Source of the DNA: a virus
Reading direction: 5' to 3' (one strand)
IMG/VR virus record: IMGVR_UViG_3300028571_000013
Coordinates: 1-64,000 of that record
Length of the DNA: 64,000 nt
Position numbers and translations under genes: made by a program. Shown here piece by piece: positions 31,197 through 40,169 of this stretch; the stretch's first letter is position 1, and each line of letters opens with the position of its first letter. Under the pieces are notes generated by a model, which was given only the letters and a program-made list of their open reading frames with translations, searched no databases and was not told where the DNA came from.

Positions 31197-31592
31197 TCAG
31201 CGGATCGGGTTCGTGTTCGCTTGGGGCGATTGTCCATAACGGTGTGACGGTGTTCCTTGTGTCCCGTAGGAACCTGCCACTGCGGACGAACCTTGATTTT
31301 GATATGGTTGCGGCGTGGTCTGGTATCGTCGTTGTTGTGGAGCGTAATCATGCCAAATTCCGGTTTCATGTAAGTAAAAAACTTTGTCAATATTAGGATC
31401 GTAACCCATTAAGCAATATTGTATCGGGTAGACTGGTTTTGTCAAGACTTGTTTTTGTGGAAGTCTGGATAATTTTATATCACCTTTTTGATAATCTTTT
31501 ACACCATTATAAGCCAATCCTAAAACAGCAATCAGAATCCCAACCCACTGGATCATCTGTCCGTTCCTTTTTGGTTCTCTCTTCGTTTCCAT
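31197..31592 (-). CDS. Membrane-anchored hypothetical protein
   Basis: N-terminal TM; Q/P/Y-rich tail. Confidence 0.55.
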   Translation of the reverse strand: METKREPKRNGQMIQWVGILIAVLGLAYNGVKDYQKGDIKLSRLPQKQVLTKPVYPIQYCLMGYDPNIDKVFYLHETGIWHDYAPQQRRYQTTPQPYQNQGSSAVAGSYGTQGTPSHRYGQSPQANTNPIR

Positions 31593-31967
31593 ACCATATT
31601 ATCGACCAATCCAGCAGGGAAACTTTAGAAGATTTTTGAATTTACTCTAAAGTGTTGTGGAATAAGGACTTACGTCAAAGTCGGGCGGCCCCGCTCGCCC
31701 TAAGTGCTTACGCAGTAAGGGTTTGCGGAAAGTCTTATTCGATACTCCATCCTGCATCTTTTAGAATATGAGTAGTATGCAATACACAAGTATGTCCATC
31801 AGCATTTTTATAGTCTCTATATCCACGTTCATCAAGATAGATATGCTCATCTAGTGTATCATTTTCATTTGTTTCCCAGATAGCATCCATCGCAGCATCC
31901 CGTGGACATTTATTACAAGAGTAAATTATTTCTAGAGTTCCACACTTGATATAATACTTTGCCATTA

Positions 31968-32561
31968 TTATCCCCTGTCTCTAAATTGTTGGCAGCGAAC
32001 ACAATTACAAACCCCATAACTATCAACATAGTTGTCATCATCAGCATCGTAATCAAACTCTCCATAAATATCTGCAACCCATGAACTGAAACTTTCAACC
32101 CCAAGGTCGATAGCAACCGGAACCCATGAACCCCTGCGTCGAACATAACCAAAATTACCCTTATGGCTATCGTTATAGTCTAGTCCATGTTCATTCAAGT
32201 CATAAACTAATTCAGAAATAGTAGTACCATTACTACATTCACTCTGAAAACATTCACCATCACAATTTTCATCATCATGACACACCGGCATAGGTTTAGC
32301 AACTTCGGTCAAATAACCATAAGCAGTTAATTCCCCATCGTGTCTACGAATCATACCAACATCCCCATATACCATAGGGGCCAAATCAAATTGAGCCAGA
32401 TGCTTTTGAACCCGATGGGCAAACTCGGCCTCTTGTTTATTCTCAAACTCTTTGAAGCCCACACGCTTCCGGCCAATCTTCTTATCTTTGATAATATAGA
32501 AAGCATTTTTACTTCCTGCATCATCATACAATCCAACGTAGCTCATACCAATTCCTTTCAA
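31968..32561 (-). CDS. Protein kinase-like fold protein
   Basis: VGFKEF (Lys), LAPMVY, catalytic loop DSHKGNFG, IDLG (DFG-like). Confidence 0.65.
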   Translation of the reverse strand: MKGIGMSYVGLYDDAGSKNAFYIIKDKKIGRKRVGFKEFENKQEAEFAHRVQKHLAQFDLAPMVYGDVGMIRRHDGELTAYGYLTEVAKPMPVCHDDENCDGECFQSECSNGTTISELVYDLNEHGLDYNDSHKGNFGYVRRRGSWVPVAIDLGVESFSSWVADIYGEFDYDADDDNYVDSYGVCNCVRCQQFRDRG

Positions 32562-33271
32562 TGATTTAAAAACAAAACATTCGCAAGCCCCTTGACGCAG
32601 AGATTACATTCTATCGAATCTTTCGTCCCGGTGCAAGTGACACCACCAGCTTGTCGGCCCCGTCGCATTTCTGGACAAGTGACATATCGTTCATCGTCGA
32701 TAATAGCAAGTTTGGGGAGAGATTTTCTCCACGCTTCGATCTTAGCTTTTCCTCTTGGCTTTTTGGTACTGTAGACATTAGCAGTGTCACACCATGCGAA
32801 ATATTTGAATCCCGCTCGACTTGCTGCCTCTTTATGATCTCGATTATGAACACTAGCATATACCACCATATACTTTCCAAGCATGGTAATAATCCGTTCA
32901 TCGTAGATATGAGTATAGACCCACATCTCTGGGAGAGTCTTACCATCGGCAAGAATACTCTCACAAGCCCACACGATATTCTGGACATATTCAATATCCA
33001 GTTCATTGTTTTTCATGAAATCTCCGCGTTCGTGATAGCGGATAGCAACATTTTTCTTGATAGCTTCCAGAATCATAGCACGAATCAGATTCTTGTCTGT
33101 AATGATATTTCGCAAACCAACAGCCCGACTATTCTTGAAAAGATTTTCCGTAGCTTCGGCATAACAGCCGTCGCCCAAGAAATCGCAAGATGGAGGACAA
33201 GTATCGCCCACCGCACGACTCACGACCAAACAACCGTCACCCAACTTCTCATTACCCTTACTGAACTGCAT
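32558..33271 (-). CDS. Gp88-like phage protein (second, divergent)
   Basis: GNEKL, TCPPSC..GCYA, RYHERGDF, WVYTH, TCPE..C..C.LC. Confidence 0.65.
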   Translation of the reverse strand: MQFSKGNEKLGDGCLVVSRAVGDTCPPSCDFLGDGCYAEATENLFKNSRAVGLRNIITDKNLIRAMILEAIKKNVAIRYHERGDFMKNNELDIEYVQNIVWACESILADGKTLPEMWVYTHIYDERIITMLGKYMVVYASVHNRDHKEAASRAGFKYFAWCDTANVYSTKKPRGKAKIEAWRKSLPKLAIIDDERYVTCPEMRRGRQAGGVTCTGTKDSIECNLCVKGLANVLFLNH

Positions 33272-33441
33272 AGCGTTTTCTCCTAGTGATACCTGGATTG
33301 TATACCATTAGTATCGGAGTGTCAAGAGATAATCTTGAAGAAATTATGTTTTGATGCAAACCCTTGTGGCATAAGCACTTACGACGCGGCGGGCCGCCCG
33401 GCTTTGCTCTAAGTCTTTACTGGCAAAGAGTTTACAACAAA

Positions 33442-33515
33442 CGAGAGTGACGGGACTCGAACCCGCAACCTTCGGCTTGACAAGCCGACGATCTAACCAA
33501 TTGATCTACACCCCC
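33442..33515 (-). tRNA. tRNA-Asp(GTC)
   Basis: tcggc-TT-GTC-AA-gccga; GGTTCGAGTCC. Confidence 0.92.
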
Positions 33516-33520
33516 AACAA

Positions 33521-33594
33521 TAACCCCGGAGGGACTCGAACCCCCAACCTAGCGGATAGAAGCCGCTCGCTCTATCCAATTGAGCTACGGAGTC
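33521..33594 (-). tRNA. tRNA-Arg(TCT)
   Basis: agcgg-CT-TCT-AT-ccgct; GGTTCGAGTCC. Confidence 0.92.
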
Positions 33595-34216
33595 GTCTCG
33601 TCAATACCGCAAGCCCCCACAGCGTCCTGTGGAGGCTCGCAGTCATTATAACTCCTTAGAGTCTATCACGCAACCGCTTCCGCTGTTGCCTTACCAGACT
33701 TCGTTGCCTTGTGGCCGTCACCGGCCTCCTTGACACCGATCCCGAACTTACGGTTACGGGCAACCTTCCAACCCTGCTCACTATACTCCTTCACGCCATC
33801 GGCCTTGACGAGAGCAAGAGTCTCGCTCGGCAGACCATCAGCAAGAGCCTGACGCAGCGTATCTTCCACCACATCCGTATCAAGAACATCCGAAGCAATC
33901 GTCACGTTGAAACTAAAAGCCTTCATAATATAAAACCTCCAAAGTAATTGTAAAACTAACTCAATCGTACGGTATCAGTATACGCTACTAATACTCACTT
34001 GTCAAGTCCGTCGTGATGGTTTCTTATGTTGTGCATCGTCGTGGGGTCTTGACTTGTGATACTCTCATTCTACAGTATAGTATCGTCATTGTCAAGGGCG
34101 AACTTGAGCGTTGTTGAAAGATTTTTGATTTTGTCCTAAGTTGTTTGGTAGTAAGGACTTACGTCAAATTCGGCCGCCCCGCCTCGCCCTAAGTTCTTTA
34201 GGGACAAGGCTTTAGG

Positions 34217-34600
34217 TCAAGAGAGAAAACCCTCGCAACCCAAGGTGGTCAACTCACGAAGCAAAGCCTCTGCCGCTTCTGGCGTTTTCAGAGTCATACT
34301 CTGCTTGGTGTTCTCTGGGGCAGGATACCACTTGTCGTACTTCCAGCCACCAACCAGATAATCACTCCAATCTTTGGCCTCTTTGAGACCCCATCCGGTG
34401 TGCAGTCGGATAGCCTTGATGCAGTGGATACGGTTATCCAGAGTCATACCGCCCGTGATGGTCACCATACGACGCTGGTTCACACCCAGTGCCACTTCCA
34501 ACGAACAAACAATCTTCTCGAACATATCCAGACTGCAACCATTAGCAATCATGTTCAACGACTCACGCACGCTCATTTCGATTTTGATCATAAATTCCAA
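34217..34600 (-). CDS. Protein with ribosomal bL12 (L7/L12) C-terminal-like domain
   Basis: RIHCIKAIRLHTGWGLKEAKD...AEALLRELTTLG. Confidence 0.7.
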   Translation of the reverse strand: MEFMIKIEMSVRESLNMIANGCSLDMFEKIVCSLEVALGVNQRRMVTITGGMTLDNRIHCIKAIRLHTGWGLKEAKDWSDYLVGGWKYDKWYPAPENTKQSMTLKTPEAAEALLRELTTLGCEGFLS

Positions 34601-35096
34601 AACTTTCTGTATACTTAGGGTCTATGTCGTAAACGCTGTCAAAATTTTCTTCGTGTTCTTCCAGAATATGCACCTGTCGCCCATCCGTCACCAGACTAGC
34701 ATACTCACTATCATCCCACACAAACTGTCCATCGTCACTTTCCCTACGCCAATGTATATCTTTGATTGGGTTATAATACAACTTTTCAAGATTGTCAATA
34801 GGCAAAGTTGGATAAAAATCCTTGCGAATCATCACTTCTTCACACTGCACCCACCCACTCACATTCTTCTTCTGTTTTTTGTTCACATACCTTGCCCGAG
34901 CAACCTTATTGACCAGCTTACAGCCCCTCATCTCCAACTGGTATTCGGTCGGATCGACATAAAATTGGTCAACCCTTTTCTTTCCTTGCATAACATTAAC
35001 TTGCCATTTCCGGTAATTTTTACCGTTAAGCAAATGAAACCGTACTTCAGCGTGTGGTTCAACCTTTTTCATTTTCCTCTCCCGATAACAATGCAA
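34563..35096 (-). CDS. Hypothetical phage protein
   Basis: VRFHL..G.NY.KWQV; KKNVSGWV; YYNP. Confidence 0.6.
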   Translation of the reverse strand: MHCYRERKMKKVEPHAEVRFHLLNGKNYRKWQVNVMQGKKRVDQFYVDPTEYQLEMRGCKLVNKVARARYVNKKQKKNVSGWVQCEEVMIRKDFYPTLPIDNLEKLYYNPIKDIHWRRESDDGQFVWDDSEYASLVTDGRQVHILEEHEENFDSVYDIDPKYTESFGIYDQNRNERA

Positions 35097-37081
35097 TTGA
35101 CAGGCTGATCTCCAACCATATCGCTATAATATGCTGCGTGTCGTCCATTATACCAATAAAACTTCTCTTGTCCATCCCAGTTGTCGTTTTCAACAAGCGT
35201 GGAAGTACAGATATTTGGGTTGTCGTAACCACCCTCGTAGCCAGGAATCACCACCATGCTATCCTGTGGCACCATCTTCAGTTCTTCGATCAGTTCAGCA
35301 ACAGTCATCATATTCCCTTTCGTGTTACCACTATCTTACACTACTATTATCGACAAGTCAAGAGATAATCTTGAAAAAATATGGCTAAACGTAAAGTCTT
35401 TGTAGATAAGGACTTATGACGAATCCGGCCGGTCGCCCTTGAGCTAAGTACTTTAGCAGCAAGGACTTATGTCAACCACTAGGATAATCGGGTGGGTAAG
35501 GCTGTTCTGGTGGAGGCGGTTTGGTCTGTCCCTCATCGGACTGCCACCAAGGGGCATCCATACGATCTACGACACCGGGAGCTTCATGACAGAATATACG
35601 GTGTGGACTAAAAGGATCGTTCTCACAGTAAGAATACTCACCAGCCCACACGCCAATATACTCACCATAATACCAGATACCTTGACCATGTTCTGGTTTA
35701 CGATCAAAGAAACTAATCCATTCCATTATTATATCCTCATTGCCATCTTTTCCCAAACTTCGATCAAATCTCTAACAGTTATACCATGAACTTCTGCTAA
35801 AGTCAATGCTTCTTCTTTATTGGGCTTACACACAACCATCATGGCACTTTTCAAAACCTTCAAAACCTTAATGATTGCCTCATCTTTAGTCATCTCTTCT
35901 CCTTTGTATTAAACGTGGCGAGGACGCGACCCCCATAAATTGGCATTACTATCTAGTGCGTAACCAGCACCATCAGCCCCATCGCTGCCGCGACATGCGG
36001 GGCTTATCGTAATGAGTTACCCAACCTAGTCCAAGGCATAGACCCACGAGTTTTGTATTGTAAAGCAGATAGGGTTGAGCCATACTCGACAGCCATTTAA
36101 CCGTGGCTTCTTTGATATCATTCTGCCAGCGGCCCTCATCTGCTTGTTTTTTAAATATACCCTATAGTTTTCCTTTGTCAAGCCCTCTTCGCCTAATTTC
36201 ATCTGCACAATAGCAGATTTCATCCGTATAGTATCCATAATTGGATTGATCAGGCCATGCTTTTAAAACTTCCTTACAGTCATTAATAGTGAACAAAAGC
36301 TCAGAATGGGTCATTTTCTTGACCTTGCGAGCATAAGCAGCATGATCCATAAACTTAGTAGCAAACATAAATCCTCCAGTGTTTCTGAATTCTACCCTAT
36401 CAAAGACTCTTTGTCAAGCCCCGACTATTGGCTGACTAAACCCATCCAGCCCGACCCCGTAGGGTTAGGCGGGACAAACACGAGAGATGCGTTCAAGCAT
36501 CAAATTCTTCCCGTATAGCTTTTCGGCCATAGCCAGGGCATGATAAGTGCTATATGCTTCCACATAGCCCACAATCTTATTACCCTTCATTACCATATAG
36601 GTATCGGTATTCATACTTCCTCCTCCTCTGATCCTGCAAACATCTCTTCCCAATCTTGAGCATCAAACCCTGTTTTGAGAATCTCACGATCATCAGCACC
36701 AAGATACGGGAAGCAATTCTGAATCAAACCACCATTCAGCCACTCGTTAGCATCACTGAGTTTGGTTGCAATACAGAATGGACGACCACCAACACTGTAG
36801 CCGCTGAACCTAATCATATCGCCTTCCACAGTGCGAGTCACAGTATCTCTCAAAGCATACGGTTTACCGAGCATAAACATCTTCTTTTTCTCCTTTTGAT
36901 TCCCTGTATTCTACACTACTATTATCGGCCTGTCAAGAGGAAAAACTTGAGGAATAAAAGATTGTCGTAAAGTGTTGGGGCATAAAGACTTACGACGACG
37001 CGGGCCGGCCGACCTCGCCCTAAGTCCTTTGGTGCCAAAGGGTTAGGGGTTGGTCAGTTAGTAGGCAGAGACTGCTAGTTT

Positions 37082-37525
37082 TTAGAACAGGTTAGCAAAC
37101 CCGCTCTTGAACAAAGCACCAGCCAGCAACGGCTTTCGGCACTTCGTTACACGCTCTGCATAGAAATTACGCACCTTACCATCCGCAGTCCGACACGTTA
37201 CCAGATTACTGGTACGGATAAACTCAGGATCATTGATACGATACCGACTCTTGCGATTCAGTCTCGCAATCTGGTCAGCAGTCAACGTCTGCTTACCGAT
37301 CACCTTAGCAAGAAAACGCTCATGCGTTCCGTGCAACGGCTGCTCGTAAACAAAGTTATAGACTTGACCCTCTTGAGCATTCGCCAAACTAGCCTTCGAT
37401 CCACCATAGACCGAATAGAAGACGAAACCCACAACAGCAGCGGCAACAGCCGCAAGAATCGAACCAAACAAAATCACATCGTTCATAGAAACCCTTTCAA
37501 ATTGAAAATCGATCACAACATCCAT
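37082..37525 (-). CDS. TM-anchored protein with SH3/WYL-like C-terminus
   Basis: TM segment; LVTCRTADGKVRNFYAERV. Confidence 0.45.
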   Translation of the reverse strand: MDVVIDFQFERVSMNDVILFGSILAAVAAAVVGFVFYSVYGGSKASLANAQEGQVYNFVYEQPLHGTHERFLAKVIGKQTLTADQIARLNRKSRYRINDPEFIRTSNLVTCRTADGKVRNFYAERVTKCRKPLLAGALFKSGFANLF

Positions 37526-38147
37526 ACGCCAAGTCTACACTAATTATCGTCATTTGTCAAGCGGGAACTTTAGAAAAATTTTCTTCCCTTTCTTGTATAC
37601 GTCATTCTACTATAGAGTATCGTCAATTGCAAGGGGTAATCTTGAATCTTACAAGATTGTAAGGATCGACGTAAAGTGTTGATGCATAAGGACTTACGTC
37701 AAATGAGGCCCGCCCCGTCGGCCCTAAGTGCTTACGCACAAAGGGTTTACGACGAGGGATGAGAGATGTTTACTCAAAATCAACAAAGATGATTTGAGCA
37801 TAGCCACGAGGCTTAACGGTATAGCCGTCGCCATAGTCATAGGTTTCAGACTTGACCGCTGTCATACCGGCCAGAGCCTTAGCCTTACGAACAACACTAC
37901 GCTGAGAAGCATTCTTCTTGGGAATGAACTCATAACGATTCACCCAACCAAAGTTAGCTTCACCACCATAGGTATCGGTATGTGTAACGACGCACTTCAT
38001 TTAACAAGTTCCTTTGCTTTCATGGTTTCAAGATACAACTGTTCCAACATCTTCACACGATTCATCGCACGAACAGCTTCACGATTCATAAGTATAACCG
38101 CTTTCTGGTGTGCTGTCAATGGTTTCTTTTTCATCTTACTAACTCTC

Positions 38148-38405
38148 TCAATCTTCATAAGGCCCATCCTCGTTATAGTCTACGAATCCTACAGCCTCAT
38201 CGGCGTGGAAATCTTCTACTCCGTCGTCACCATAGTAGCCATATGATTCGTCCAAACCCCATCCACATGACTCGAACGCAGATTCAGCATCACCATCCAT
38301 ACTATCATCAAACGAATCATCCTCAACCTCATAATCAGAAAGGTCGGTGTCCATGCACTCGCCGTAGAAATCTTCAACATCGTCATACTCGTAGCTCATG
38401 GTCAA
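38148..38405 (-). CDS. Extremely acidic small protein (possible DNA mimic)
   Basis: D/E/Y-rich with no Lys or Arg in 85 aa. Confidence 0.6.
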   Translation of the reverse strand: MTMSYEYDDVEDFYGECMDTDLSDYEVEDDSFDDSMDGDAESAFESCGWGLDESYGYYGDDGVEDFHADEAVGFVDYNEDGPYED

Positions 38406-39849
38406 TCCCTCACAATGGTAGTAACGTAGAACAAACCGACATAACCCACAACAAAAGCAATTGCACTAAGCATTAGTATACTCCTCGGGAACAAATTCGT
38501 CAATGACACCCACAACATCGGCCCAATCCCAAAAATTGACTTCTACGCTCGGGTCACCGATAGGCTCAACAATACCCGCTTCGGCCATGTCATTCAGAAT
38601 AGCATTGATCTCGTCGAAGTTCAGCATGATTCTGTTCCTTGGTGGTTTCCGTTCGTGATGTTGGTATTCTACACTTATTATCGGCTAGTGTCAAGCAGCA
38701 ACTTGGGAAATTCCAGAATATAATTTCATGCCAAAGATGAAAAATCTTTTAGTTGACGTAAAGTGTTGTGGGATAAGCACTTAGGACACGGCGGGCCGGC
38801 CGGTCTCGACGTAAGTCCTTACTGGTGAAGGAGATACGTCAAGCCACACCCTAGAAGAAAACACATCCCTAATAGAATATAATCACTGATTTTCATCATT
38901 TTCCTCCATATACATGATATTTGACATACTAGCATAAAGAATAATGCCGCAAATATAACCAAAGGCAACACTGATAAAATCAAACTGATACATCCCTGTA
39001 TCTCCATTTTGTTTAAGTGGTCAATCCCCGTATCCGACCCAGAAATCATCACCCTTATCATTCTTCATAAGAGTATAACCCCTAGACTTCATATTCTCAT
39101 ACTCATTGATTCGTTGCCAAACTTCACAGAGAGTTTCCATAACTTTAAGGAAAGCCCCCATAACCCACACAAACGGATATTCGATCATTCTCATAATTTG
39201 CTCCTTCTGCACCATTCTATACTATTGTTATCGGTTCGTCAAGGGCTCTGACTTTAGGCTGACTATACCCACCTTACCCAAATCCGGAGGATTAGGAGAG
39301 ACTGTCAATTCCCTTTATTTTTGCTCAGAGCAGCATGAGATACGATCTGATCAAACGTATACCAGCTACCATCATCGTATCGGCCAGAAAGTAGAATTTT
39401 GATATTCTTTCCGACAATTTGCTGGACACTACCATATCCATCGACTACTTGAACCACATCACCAACTTTAATTTTTTGCATCTTTTCCTCTTTCAAGTAT
39501 TCTACCAGACTTTTTTGCTGCCGTCAACCCCCTCATACGGGGGTCGGTTGTGAACGATAATATTTTGCCCACAATTCATCCATCACAAATTGGACAATCC
39601 GATCATGACTACCACGACAAACGTAGTATCCCATGTGAATGTCGAACAGAGCAAACGTTCCATCCTCTTTCGGATGATAGGTAAACCCACACTTGTAGGC
39701 ATAACCATTGATTTTACCCTTGACAGTCTCAATCTTAGGAGGCTTTCTCATTTTCATTCCTTTTCTTTCTTGTTCTATCATTATACCAGTATTATCGTCC
39801 AATGTCAATAGCCTAGACTAGAAAATCTTTCCTTACATTTTCGTAAGGT

Positions 39850-40059
39850 TCAGATTCTCCACTCCAGAAAAACCAGTGTGAAGTTTTGGTTAGGATACTT
39901 TTCGGAAATATACCTTTCGGCAGTTTCTTTCCTATTGTCACTAGCTGACACACCCTGAACAACTTTCCCATCTATCATAACTTGCCAAATTTTACGCTTC
40001 CGAATTTTGGGAAGCGAACCGATGAAACCATTCACACTCATTGTCTTTTCCATTTTCAT
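39850..40059 (-). CDS. Small hypothetical protein, paralog of 41132..41356
   Basis: MEK..S.N.FI.SLP.I...K.W.V...G.VVQ.V.A.DNRK.TA..YI..KY. Confidence 0.7.
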   Translation of the reverse strand: MKMEKTMSVNGFIGSLPKIRKRKIWQVMIDGKVVQGVSASDNRKETAERYISEKYPNQNFTLVFLEWRI

Positions 40060-40169
40060 TCTCTCTTTTCTTTCTTTCTGTCTTACTTCTTATATCGACA
40101 TTATACCAAAGTTTCTTTAGTTTGCAAGAAAAAAAAATATGGAATTTTCCAAGAATATTTTATAGTGAT

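Noticed and set aside
35950-36012. Hammerhead ribozyme (CTGATG in a three-way junction)
   Set aside because: Lacks the CUGANGA and GAAA core; kept only as a generic structured-RNA candidate.
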